Virus record (IMG/VR): IMGVR_UViG_3300030330_006113
Coordinates: 1 to 30,934 of that record
Strand: one strand, 5' to 3'
Source: a virus
Lineage: Duplodnaviria; Caudoviricetes
DNA length: 30,934 nt
In this document: positions 19,116-26,893 of the stretch, in pieces
Layout: each line of letters starts with the position of its first letter
Numbering within the stretch: position 1 is the stretch's first letter
The notes under the pieces: model-generated
What the model was told of the DNA's origin: nothing
Seen by the model: only the letters and a program-made list of their open reading frames with translations
Database searches by the model: none
Position numbers and translations under genes: made by a program

Positions 19116-19196
19116 TTATTCTAAGTCTATAAAAATAAAGCTTAAACTTAATAATAATCCAATGTATAAAAATACAACTCCAGATACTTCACTCAT
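19116..19196 (-). CDS. 26-aa hydrophobic peptide MSEVSGVVFLYIGLLLSLSFIFIDLE
   Basis: Hand-translated; start overlaps the end of 19189..19452. Confidence 0.5.
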   Translation of the reverse strand: MSEVSGVVFLYIGLLLSLSFIFIDLE

Positions 19197-19452
19197 CTTT
19201 TAAGATCTTTTTATCTAAGGCCTGTAACCTTTGTTCTATTCTAGTTAATCTCGGTTTAAGATAAGCTTCTATTTGTGTATTAGAGTTGGCTATGATGCCT
19301 GCAAATCCATCTAACTCTCTGTGTAATCTATGTTTAGCAGCTTTGCTTATTAAAGAAACTTCATCTAACTCTGCTATTAAACGCTTATTAATTTTTCTTT
19401 CAACTCTTTTAGCGATTGTTTGTATTATTCTCTCAACAATTGTATTAAACAT
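19189..19452 (-). CDS. Hypothetical helical protein
   Basis: GGAGG upstream; in operon. Confidence 0.6.
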   Translation of the reverse strand: MFNTIVERIIQTIAKRVERKINKRLIAELDEVSLISKAAKHRLHRELDGFAGIIANSNTQIEAYLKPRLTRIEQRLQALDKKILKDE

Positions 19453-19463
19453 TTTTCTACTAT

Positions 19464-19832
19464 TTAACCTCCAGCACTACAGTTAATCAGATAAAATATA
19501 AACATAAACAATGGCAATAATAAAAATTTCCATAGTTTTATTTGTATTGTTTCTTGAAGAAAGTGTTTGAGTATCTCTTTGTCTTCTATCTCTTCTATTT
19601 CTTCTAATGTACTGTCCTTTATCCATTTAGCATTACTCTTATCGCGTCTTAGAGTCTCTATATCAAAATTAACAGTTAGTATGTCCTTTCTAAAAGTGCC
19701 TTCACTTACTAAAACAAAGGGATTTTCACCACTGACATATTTTTTCCATAAGTACCGTTGTATCCAAAAATATGGCATTCCTTGAAAACTATTTTTACAA
19801 TGCTTACAAGTACCGTCACTCATTGTTACCAT
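19464..19832 (-). CDS. Hypothetical protein with C-terminal TM helix
   Basis: CxxC near N-terminus; LWKFLLLPLFMFIFYLI; start uncertain. Confidence 0.5.
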   Translation of the reverse strand: MVTMSDGTCKHCKNSFQGMPYFWIQRYLWKKYVSGENPFVLVSEGTFRKDILTVNFDIETLRRDKSNAKWIKDSTLEEIEEIEDKEILKHFLQETIQIKLWKFLLLPLFMFIFYLINCSAGG

Positions 19833-20098
19833 TTAACCTTATTAGCCCAATAGGCAGCAGACATCTTTCCTTTTTTTATATTTTCAGCATGTCTAGCTTT
19901 AAAACTTTTACGTCTTGCCATAGACTTAGCATCCGTTGCACTACCTGCACCGCTAACTCCTTGTTGACCAAAACGTATAAGCTTTATTTTATCGCCTTCT
20001 TTAGCTAGTACAGCATGTGATTTAGTAGCATGCCCTGGCGTTCTTTTAGGTTTGTTATAACCCTTAAACTGTTCTTGTCCTCTTTTATATTTATCCAT
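19826..20098 (-). CDS. Conserved small basic viral protein (DUF5754/DUF6321-like)
   Basis: LIRFGQQG...RRKSFKARH...MSAAYWANKVKW. Confidence 0.7.
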   Translation of the reverse strand: MDKYKRGQEQFKGYNKPKRTPGHATKSHAVLAKEGDKIKLIRFGQQGVSGAGSATDAKSMARRKSFKARHAENIKKGKMSAAYWANKVKW

Positions 20099-20531
20099 GA
20101 ATATCTTCTTCCTGTAACGCTTTTACTTCAGCGTGTCTAATCTCTACATGTTTTTCGATTTCTTTAAAGTCTTGTGTTATAACCTTAATATTAAAATCGT
20201 TTCCAGTCATAAGCTCTGGATCTGAGTTAAAAACCTTTAAATAAGTTTCTATGGCCTTTATTCTTGCGCTACTACGCAGATCCTCATCAAATATCATACC
20301 CAAAGCTGTATTTAACACAGCTGGTACAAAAAACCTTAAATTAGATTGCTTTGGATTAAAGTTATATTTTGACTGAACCTCTTTAATTTCTTTTATACTC
20401 AAACCAGTTCTTTTTTTTAAATCTGTGTATGTTGGTGTAAAGTGCCCTAGTTTAAATTCTTGTGTGTATGCTTTTTCCACTAAATCGATATGCTTTTGCT
20501 GTTTATCAAACTCAGTTTCTTGTTCTGTCAT
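20091..20531 (-). CDS. Putative terminase small subunit
   Basis: N-terminal HTH (PTYTDLKKRTGLS), SARIKAIETYLK helix, C-terminal IKVI strand; upstream of terL. Confidence 0.6.
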   Translation of the reverse strand: MTEQETEFDKQQKHIDLVEKAYTQEFKLGHFTPTYTDLKKRTGLSIKEIKEVQSKYNFNPKQSNLRFFVPAVLNTALGMIFDEDLRSSARIKAIETYLKVFNSDPELMTGNDFNIKVITQDFKEIEKHVEIRHAEVKALQEEDIHG

Positions 20532-20662
20532 TTTTTATAGTTTGCGTACCTTGCTTTGACTGAGCTTTTAGCTTTTTTCATACTAGTGTGTGTGCTAACA
20601 GTCTTATTATTCTTATCTTTTACAACTGCTCCAGATTTAGTTTTCTTAGCTTTCCAAGGCAT
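20528..20662 (-). CDS. 44-aa basic protein MPWKAKKTKSGAVVKDKNNKTVSTHTSMKKAKSSVKARYANYKK
   Basis: Hand-translated; AGGAGG SD; ATGA overlap with terS. Confidence 0.75.
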   Translation of the reverse strand: MPWKAKKTKSGAVVKDKNNKTVSTHTSMKKAKSSVKARYANYKK

Positions 20663-20880
20663 AATGTGTGTCCCTCCTACTCGATAACTATATATATTAT
20701 AGTAAACATTTAATTTAAAGTAAATAAAAAAATAATTTAAAGTTTTTCTTTAAATAACATAAAATAAGTGTATAAATTAAGCTTAATTCCTAATCATTAG
20801 GATATAACAGAACAAATCCATATTACAATATAAATTATATATACTATAGTTTATACAGCGAAACAATAAAGGAGAAAATT

Positions 20881-20940
20881 ATGAGTAAAAAAATCATAAC
20901 TGTAAAAACAAGAATCAATGGTGTTTGGAAAATTAAATAA
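20881..20940 (+). CDS. 19-aa peptide MSKKIITVKTRINGVWKIK
   Basis: AAGGAG SD; first ORF after the promoter motif at 20837-20855. Confidence 0.55.
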   Translation: MSKKIITVKTRINGVWKIK

Positions 20941-20958
20941 TATTGAAAAGAGAGCGTT

Positions 20959-21177
20959 ATGATCAAAAAAATATTAGATCAATATAGAAGATATCGAGAC
21001 TCAGTTGATGAAATAAAGTATTTAAATAACAAAATTATTAAACTAAACGAAACGATTGAGAGAAATAGACTGGATTATGAACAATTACAGACAAACATAA
21101 AATACCTAAAGTTAAAGCGAGCAGAACAAGATTTTGAGAAATTAAAAACGCTTGAAATAGATATAAGTGTAAATTAA
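20959..21177 (+). CDS. Coiled-coil hypothetical protein
   Basis: ORF track; operon position. Confidence 0.6.
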   Translation: MIKKILDQYRRYRDSVDEIKYLNNKIIKLNETIERNRLDYEQLQTNIKYLKLKRAEQDFEKLKTLEIDISVN

Positions 21178-21188
21178 TAGGATAAATT

Positions 21189-21464
21189 ATGTACGAAAAT
21201 GATTTGTTTGAAATGTATGGGGGAGCTGAAGGTATACAAAAAGACCCAAAACTATTAAAAGAGTGGGTTTTGTCTTCTCTTATATCTTTTGGTAAAGACC
21301 CTAATTTTCCTGTCGGCATGCCTTTGCCTATGCCAGACGGAATCAAAGTAACAGAAAAGGAATTAAAAGGGTCTGGCTGGATTATATTACATGAAAATGC
21401 CCCCTCCCTAATTGGGAAACAGGAAAAATTGATGGTCGGACAGGGCAGGTCGTTATTAAGATGA
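21189..21464 (+). CDS. Hypothetical protein
   Basis: AGGGA SD; operon position. Confidence 0.65.
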   Translation: MYENDLFEMYGGAEGIQKDPKLLKEWVLSSLISFGKDPNFPVGMPLPMPDGIKVTEKELKGSGWIILHENAPSLIGKQEKLMVGQGRSLLR

Positions 21465-21471
21465 AGGATGT

Positions 21472-21609
21472 ATGATGTTTTCAATTTTCTTACTAATTTT
21501 AGCAATCTACGTGCACGACTGCCAGAAAGATAAAGAAAACTACTTAAAATCGTTTATTTACCCTTGTTTACTTATGATGGTTGGTGCAGTTTTTGGGATC
21601 GCATTATGA
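21472..21609 (+). CDS. 45-aa membrane protein with two hydrophobic segments
   Basis: Hand-translated MMFSIFLLILAIYV...PCLLMMVGAVFGIAL; AAGGA SD. Confidence 0.55.
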   Translation: MMFSIFLLILAIYVHDCQKDKENYLKSFIYPCLLMMVGAVFGIAL

Positions 21610-21785
21610 TAAAAGTCTATAGAATTTTTGATAGAAAAAAAATAAGTTCATTGAAGGATCTACAGACTCAAACCCTTCTAGTAGCTGGTGTAAGCATTGG
21701 TGGGATGCAAACAAAGACAGAGAGCTGAATGGGGTAAAAATAACAGATAGATTTAATTAATTGTGACGAAAGTAGAAGGAGAGGA

Positions 21786-22295
21786 GTGGTAGTAATGTCT
21801 CGTAAAATGGAAAGATATCAGAATAGATATTATCAGAATAGAAATTTAATGGATGATAAATTCGTACCCATTATCAGTGTAGCAACATATGATAGAAGGA
21901 GTAGATACAGGTGTTTAGGGAAAGGTAAAAAATTACCTGTGCGAAGAATTAAAAATAATTACATAAAGTATAGATATTCAAAAAAATATTTAATAGAAGA
22001 TTTTGTGAAAAAATTTTTTGATCCGCCTCTATATACTGAAGAAATGGAAGAACTTCTTCTCAGGGCCGGCATTCTGGGTGTTCATTGGTTAAATAGACGT
22101 CAAGTAGTCAGTCTTGTTCTTTTTCTTTACCCATATAAAGGCGTAAAAAAGATTGTAAAAAACACTAAGAATAAAAAGTTAAGTTATAAAGAAAAAATAA
22201 AAAACCTCGATATTTTAAAAAGAATATTAGAGCAAGGTATAAATTATACAGCATATTATCTTAACACTAGGTGTGAAAAAGCTTTTGGATTTTAA
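21786..22295 (+). CDS. Basic hypothetical protein
   Basis: GAGGAG SD before ATG 21795. Confidence 0.6.
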   Translation: MVVMSRKMERYQNRYYQNRNLMDDKFVPIISVATYDRRSRYRCLGKGKKLPVRRIKNNYIKYRYSKKYLIEDFVKKFFDPPLYTEEMEELLLRAGILGVHWLNRRQVVSLVLFLYPYKGVKKIVKNTKNKKLSYKEKIKNLDILKRILEQGINYTAYYLNTRCEKAFGF

Positions 22296-22503
22296 TAATA
22301 ATATGATGATGAGAAATAGAAAAACTAAACATGATTATGATATAGAACTAATATCTCAGTTATTGACTGAGGGTTGGCATATTAATGAAATTGAAAAAGA
22401 ATTTGGGATATCAAATGGCACGCTCGGCCATCATCTTAAAAAAAACTACATAAAAAAAATCATTTTATTACCTAAACCAAAAGCTTTCTTAGATCGTAAA
22501 TAA
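22273..22503 (+). CDS. Small HTH protein
   Basis: GWHINEIEKEFGISNGTLGHHLKK. Confidence 0.65.
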   Translation: MKKLLDFNNNMMMRNRKTKHDYDIELISQLLTEGWHINEIEKEFGISNGTLGHHLKKNYIKKIILLPKPKAFLDRK

Positions 22504-22699
22504 GTTCACAATAACATTTGATTTGATCAGAAGATAAAGTTACTTTTTGATATTCGAAGTTTTTTATATGACAGCTTTTATAATAAAAACATTCAATTTT
22601 TTTTAAGTGTTTTACATTAACGATTTGTATAAGCTTACCTTCTTCTAGGTGCGTAATATGATTATCAGTTAGTTTATAAACTTGTCCTTCAAATATCAT
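22472..22699 (-). CDS. Small SH3-like hypothetical protein
   Basis: MIFEGQVYKL beta pattern; ATGA-coupled to upstream gene. Confidence 0.5.
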   Translation of the reverse strand: MIFEGQVYKLTDNHITHLEEGKLIQIVNVKHLKKIECFYYKSCHIKNFEYQKVTLSSDQIKCYCELIYDLRKLLV

Positions 22700-22935
22700 G
22701 CATGCACTCTATCGTATACATTTTTTTCAAACTTACCAACACATAACACCTCTATTTCACTTAAATAAAATGTATTACAATACTTTAATTCATCACTTAC
22801 GTTTTTTTCTATATAACAAGCAGTAACTTGGACTGATTCATAACCAAATCCTACAACTAGTATATATTTTTTTGACAGCTCATCTTCACAAATTAAGTAA
22901 AGATCACCAACATTTATATCGTTTTTATTCCACAT
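22696..22935 (-). CDS. Small SH3-like hypothetical protein
   Basis: DINVGDLYLI...YILVVG pattern. Confidence 0.55.
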   Translation of the reverse strand: MWNKNDINVGDLYLICEDELSKKYILVVGFGYESVQVTACYIEKNVSDELKYCNTFYLSEIEVLCVGKFEKNVYDRVHA

Positions 22936-22942
22936 ATTTATA

Positions 22943-23050
22943 TAGACTATAATACATATTTAATGGTATAATATAAAAGGTTTGACGACAACGGTCAACA
23001 TAGGTTTTTCCGGGTAGTAAGCTCCCCCTTCATATTGCTTGCTACCCTCC
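22943..23050 (+). ncRNA. Candidate small RNA with own promoter, antisense to the early operon
   Basis: TAGACT-18-TATAAT with extended TG; hairpins TTGAC/GTCAA and GGGTAGTAAGC/GCTTGCTACCC. Confidence 0.45.
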
Positions 23051-23057
23051 CCATTAT

Positions 23058-23372
23058 TTAACTAAGATATTCAATCTCTACCTCTATAGATTCTAGCGTC
23101 GACACATTGCCTGTCGTCTTTATATGCGATTCCATTAAGGGCATCGAGCACTCCTTTGAGGATATTGTCGATGTCCGCTCTTGTTTTCCCATTAATTTTG
23201 ACCGCAATTCTGAACGAGCCTTCAAAAAGTGTAGAGCAACTACTTCTGCGTACTCCTTGTACTTTTTGTATCTTTGGCAAACGTATTTCTGTTTCTGCGT
23301 TGTCCTTACATAAGGCACTGCTTTTCCCGGTACTGTGAACTTTATTTTTTTGATTTTTAAACTCCTTTGCAC
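23058..23372 (-). CDS. RusA-like frame A: N-terminal strand and helix plus final strand
   Basis: IKFTVPGKAVPYVRTTQKQKY...YKEYAEVVA and terminal IEVEIEYL. Confidence 0.55.
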   Translation of the reverse strand: MQRSLKIKKIKFTVPGKAVPYVRTTQKQKYVCQRYKKYKEYAEVVALHFLKARSELRSKLMGKQERTSTISSKECSMPLMESHIKTTGNVSTLESIEVEIEYLS

Positions 23373-23385
23373 TCATTCTAAACAT
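23071..23385 (-). CDS. rusA: RusA Holliday junction resolvase catalytic part (frame B)
   Basis: RADIDNILKGVLDALNGIAYKDDRQCV. Confidence 0.8.
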   Translation of the reverse strand: MFRMSAKEFKNQKNKVHSTGKSSALCKDNAETEIRLPKIQKVQGVRRSSCSTLFEGSFRIAVKINGKTRADIDNILKGVLDALNGIAYKDDRQCVDARIYRGRD

Positions 23386-23869
23386 CTGTGCTACCTATTT
23401 GTTTTTGCGATTCTTTTAAGGAAATACCATATTGGCCTAACTTTTTTTCTAAATGCGGAATCTTTACATCACCGCTTAAAAAAAGCTGAAATTCATCGTA
23501 TTTTTCAGACATAAATTCATTGTGTATTTTTCTCATTTCAAACTCATTTTTGTTTTTTGGTATGTTTAAAAACTCCTTCAACACAAATAAATGATCTGGT
23601 ATCTGCTCATAAGGATTGTTTAAATGCGATTGCAACTGACGCCACACATTTTCTTTAATAGCGTTTTCCTTAGGAGCAATTATTTCGCTTATAGATGGCA
23701 ATTTAAAAGTTTTATTCCTAGTACTCATCATTTGACCTAAACGTTTAACAATAAACCTTTCATCATGCTTAGAGAGCAAGCCATGATATAACTTCATCAT
23801 TTCCTTGTCTTCATTTTCAAAATACTTAAAAAATAAAAGAATACATTGTTTAAGCTTGTCACTCACCAA
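23378..23869 (-). CDS. Putative helicase loader/inhibitor partner of the initiator
   Basis: FKLPSISEII motif; directly follows initiator. Confidence 0.55.
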   Translation of the reverse strand: MVSDKLKQCILLFFKYFENEDKEMMKLYHGLLSKHDERFIVKRLGQMMSTRNKTFKLPSISEIIAPKENAIKENVWRQLQSHLNNPYEQIPDHLFVLKEFLNIPKNKNEFEMRKIHNEFMSEKYDEFQLFLSGDVKIPHLEKKLGQYGISLKESQKQIGSTDV

Positions 23870-24486
23870 TCTTCCCCCATTTGATCTAAAGTCATAGGCT
23901 TTTTGTCATTAGTTTTTAACCATCTATTGTTGTTAGATTCCCAAGTAACCGCTCGTTGCTTCCAGTTTTTTACACCTTTCCAATCATTTTCATTGTAGTA
24001 ATCAAAAAATTCTTTTGAATTTGCTTTATACCCTTTTTCAAAAAAATACTTTTCTACATCAATTAAATCTGGTTTCACAAACTTTTTTTTATTTATTTTT
24101 TTTATATTAATACCTTTATTATTAATATCTTTATTATTATCTAGGACATATTTGTCCCTACCCCTAGGGTCATATTTGTCCCTACCCCTAGGGACATCTC
24201 GTGCAATCCTAAGATATCTACTAGTAATTTGTTTTGTTCCTTCTCCATATATTACTTCTGATGTGACATAACTTTTAGAAGTCAATGACTGCAGCCATCT
24301 TTTAATACTTCTATCTGTCTTCCCAAACCGCTTAGCGAAATAAGAATTAGACGCATAGCAATACCCTTTCTCATTAGATAAAGAAGTAATGAGCGCATAT
24401 AGTAATTTTTCATCTGAAGTCAGGTCATTTGCATTAAGAATATAACTAGGAATAACGGCATAATAGTTCTGTTGTTCGTTACTCAT
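23863..24486 (-). CDS. Phage replication initiator (replisome organiser, N-terminal wHTH)
   Basis: YYAVIP...KLLYALITSLSNEKGYCYASNSYFAKRF; C-terminal FVKPDL...FFDYY...NWKQRAVTW. Confidence 0.88.
   Translation of the reverse strand: MSNEQQNYYAVIPSYILNANDLTSDEKLLYALITSLSNEKGYCYASNSYFAKRFGKTDRSIKRWLQSLTSKSYVTSEVIYGEGTKQITSRYLRIARDVPRGRDKYDPRGRDKYVLDNNKDINNKGINIKKINKKKFVKPDLIDVEKYFFEKGYKANSKEFFDYYNENDWKGVKNWKQRAVTWESNNNRWLKTNDKKPMTLDQMGEDW
24147..24193. repeat. Two exact 23-bp direct repeats, probable origin iterons
   Basis: CATATTTGTCCCTACCCCTAGGG at 24147-24169 and 24171-24193, beside an A/T tract at about 24081-24140. Confidence 0.75.
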
Positions 24487-24797
24487 TGTTTTTCTCCAAG
24501 CAACTTCTCTAATACAGATGACGCATGCTTTTGCCTAACTTCTAAGCTAAATCTATTGTAATACTCTTCATTAACCATCTTTTTAATCATAGTTAATCGG
24601 TTTTGTACAATTTCATAGGCCCTAAACTCATCAGTGCTTGAGCCTTTATTTAGACTTAAATCACTCGCAGAAAAAAGATCTTTAAAGCATTCATTATTTT
24701 TTTCAAACCGTCTGTCAGTCAATTTTTTTATGTTTTTTAAATTTGTAATACTCATGCTTTTAAGCTTTTCTTTAAATTTAATCTCTGATTTATTCAT
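24483..24797 (-). CDS. Hypothetical protein
   Basis: AAGGG SD; ATGA coupling to initiator. Confidence 0.65.
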   Translation of the reverse strand: MNKSEIKFKEKLKSMSITNLKNIKKLTDRRFEKNNECFKDLFSASDLSLNKGSSTDEFRAYEIVQNRLTMIKKMVNEEYYNRFSLEVRQKHASSVLEKLLGEKQ

Positions 24798-24811
24798 TTC
24801 GTTACCCTTTA

Positions 24812-25606
24812 TTAAAATGGAGTTTGCGTTGTTTCTAGCTCGGGCATTGAGCAGTCATAGTCATACTTTACCTCACCATCGCTTACATACAACCTAGCCT
24901 CATATTCTGACCCATCTTTTTTTGTTAATGAAATTGGCCTAGTTTTTTCTCCATCACACATTTTTTTTACATCTTCTATCTGCAAGTCATCACCGTTTCG
25001 CCAGATCGAAAACTTACAACCATTTTTCCAGTCGCTACAACTAAAAACCTTTCCATTGGCACTCAATCTAATTTCACCTATTTCGCAACGGGGACAGGCT
25101 ATAACACCAGAATCATTATCTGATTTTATTTCAACGGCTTTATTCACCTCTTTGTTACTTATAGATTGCTCAATTTTAAAATCTTGTGTAGGGGGGAGGG
25201 TGGGAGAATGCGCAGCTTCTTCAGCAGGCAAATCCTCCCCCGCGTAAATATGAATACCAAGGCCATGCAAAGCAATAGCCTTAGTTAGGCAACGTTGAAT
25301 GCTAGTGTTTATATCAAAGTTAGTAGGATTTTCTATAGGGATCATCCCATAATTTTTTTTTGGTTTTACGACTGGATGGATTTGCGATTGTGAAATTCCC
25401 TCAACAGTCACCGTCACTTTTACAAAATAGCCCGTTTCCGTTTTTAAATATGGCTTTCCGTCATATTCTTCAACTACAAAATACGAATCAGGGTAAGCTT
25501 TCTTAAGCTCTCTTAAAGCGTAAGTCCAGCTTAAGTAACTAAAATTATTTTTTTTCTCTATATGTTTTGTTACATCTATACTATCTAGTTTTTGAAAATA
25601 GTTCAT
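24812..25606 (-). CDS. Sak3/DUF1071-like single-strand annealing protein fused to topoisomerase C-terminal Zn-ribbon repeat
   Basis: FSYLSWTYA, DINTSIQRCLTKAIALHGLGIHIYAGED; CPRC...FSCSDWKNGCKFSIW...KKDGSEYEARL. Confidence 0.85.
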   Translation of the reverse strand: MNYFQKLDSIDVTKHIEKKNNFSYLSWTYALRELKKAYPDSYFVVEEYDGKPYLKTETGYFVKVTVTVEGISQSQIHPVVKPKKNYGMIPIENPTNFDINTSIQRCLTKAIALHGLGIHIYAGEDLPAEEAAHSPTLPPTQDFKIEQSISNKEVNKAVEIKSDNDSGVIACPRCEIGEIRLSANGKVFSCSDWKNGCKFSIWRNGDDLQIEDVKKMCDGEKTRPISLTKKDGSEYEARLYVSDGEVKYDYDCSMPELETTQTPF

Positions 25607-25617
25607 AATAATACCCT

Positions 25618-25734
25618 TTAATAATCATCAAACTTAAACGACTGTGTTAAATCGTCATAAAAGTTATGACCCTCATGAGCTTGCTCAATATAATTAGCCT
25701 CGCTCGAATCCTCATCTAAATATCCATACTTCAT
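25618..25734 (-). CDS. 38-aa acidic protein MKYGYLDEDSSEANYIEQAHEGHNFYDDLTQSFKFDDY
   Basis: Hand-translated; AAGGAG SD. Confidence 0.6.
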   Translation of the reverse strand: MKYGYLDEDSSEANYIEQAHEGHNFYDDLTQSFKFDDY

Positions 25735-25981
25735 TTTTTTTACTCCTTTAGTTGTAATCAACTCTGTGCAACATGCTTTTGATTTTCATGCCCTTCGTAA
25801 CATATTTAAATTTCATAATTAAATAGTCGCTTGGTGGCCTGTATAAATAATCAATGTCTAGGTAATCCACTATTAAAATAAATTTCCTTACCTTTTAAAC
25901 CATTTAAATAGCTGTCTAACCGCTCTAACAACTCCTCTTGATCTATTTTTTTCACTTCTCTCTCCCTTGATTAACTTATAC

Positions 25982-26893
25982 CTAACCATTTTTTTTCTCT
26001 TTTATACTTAACTGCGGAAAATTAGATTTTTTCATTACCTTCATATAAATTTCTGGGTAATCCTCTTGCAGCTTTTTAGAATCGACTGACTTTCTACTAT
26101 GCGTTTTATACTCAATTTTAAATACATGTGACTCGCAATTTTTATGACCATTCATTTCTTCCAAGACCTTATTGTTTAAAAGAGAGATTTTTTTCTTTAG
26201 TTCTTTTTCTTGCTTTTTTAACTCATTCAGCTTCGATATGTGCTCATCTACATAAGTCGTTCTAAAAACATCGCCTTTGTCTTGATTTTCTATTTGAATT
26301 CCAAGTATTTTTTTATCACAACTTTTTTCAGTAGCAGCAGGCATTTCACCAACTATCACATACCTCTCCCAAAACCTAACAGCTTTAGCAACTGCATCGT
26401 CATAGAATTCTTGTGAAAAAGGCACCTCATACTGGTAATATTTATTACCACCTGCGAGACATGCTACATATGCTTTTTTTAAATTAGCTAGTCCCATGTA
26501 CCATTGAACCTGTGCGTAATAATGATCAGGAACACCGTTATCCCAGACCTTTTTATGATACTCATTAGTAGTCTTGAGCTCTAATATAGACACTTCACCG
26601 TTAGCATCTACAACGTAACCGTCAGGGCTGCCGGTCAAGTATTCTCTTATTTCATCAGTTAGAAAATCTGCTTGCAAAACCTTTAGGTCCTTATTTTTTT
26701 TACTAAACTCATTTTTTACAAAGCTTTCTAGTCTTTTGCCAAAATAAACCGCTTCAGTCTCTACAGCCTTATAGCCGTTAACCTTTTGATTCCACACATA
26801 TAAAGGTGATGTGTAGTCACTTATATTTAAAATACCTGCAATGTCTGAGCCACCTATAAATTTAGTTCTATCGATAGTCATATTATTCTCCAT
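25982..26893 (-). CDS. YqaJ-family (lambda-exo-like) exonuclease
   Basis: IGGSDIAGIL, GKRLE, GSPDG, ILELKT, YYAQVQWYM. Confidence 0.92.
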   Translation of the reverse strand: MENNMTIDRTKFIGGSDIAGILNISDYTSPLYVWNQKVNGYKAVETEAVYFGKRLESFVKNEFSKKNKDLKVLQADFLTDEIREYLTGSPDGYVVDANGEVSILELKTTNEYHKKVWDNGVPDHYYAQVQWYMGLANLKKAYVACLAGGNKYYQYEVPFSQEFYDDAVAKAVRFWERYVIVGEMPAATEKSCDKKILGIQIENQDKGDVFRTTYVDEHISKLNELKKQEKELKKKISLLNNKVLEEMNGHKNCESHVFKIEYKTHSRKSVDSKKLQEDYPEIYMKVMKKSNFPQLSIKEKKNG

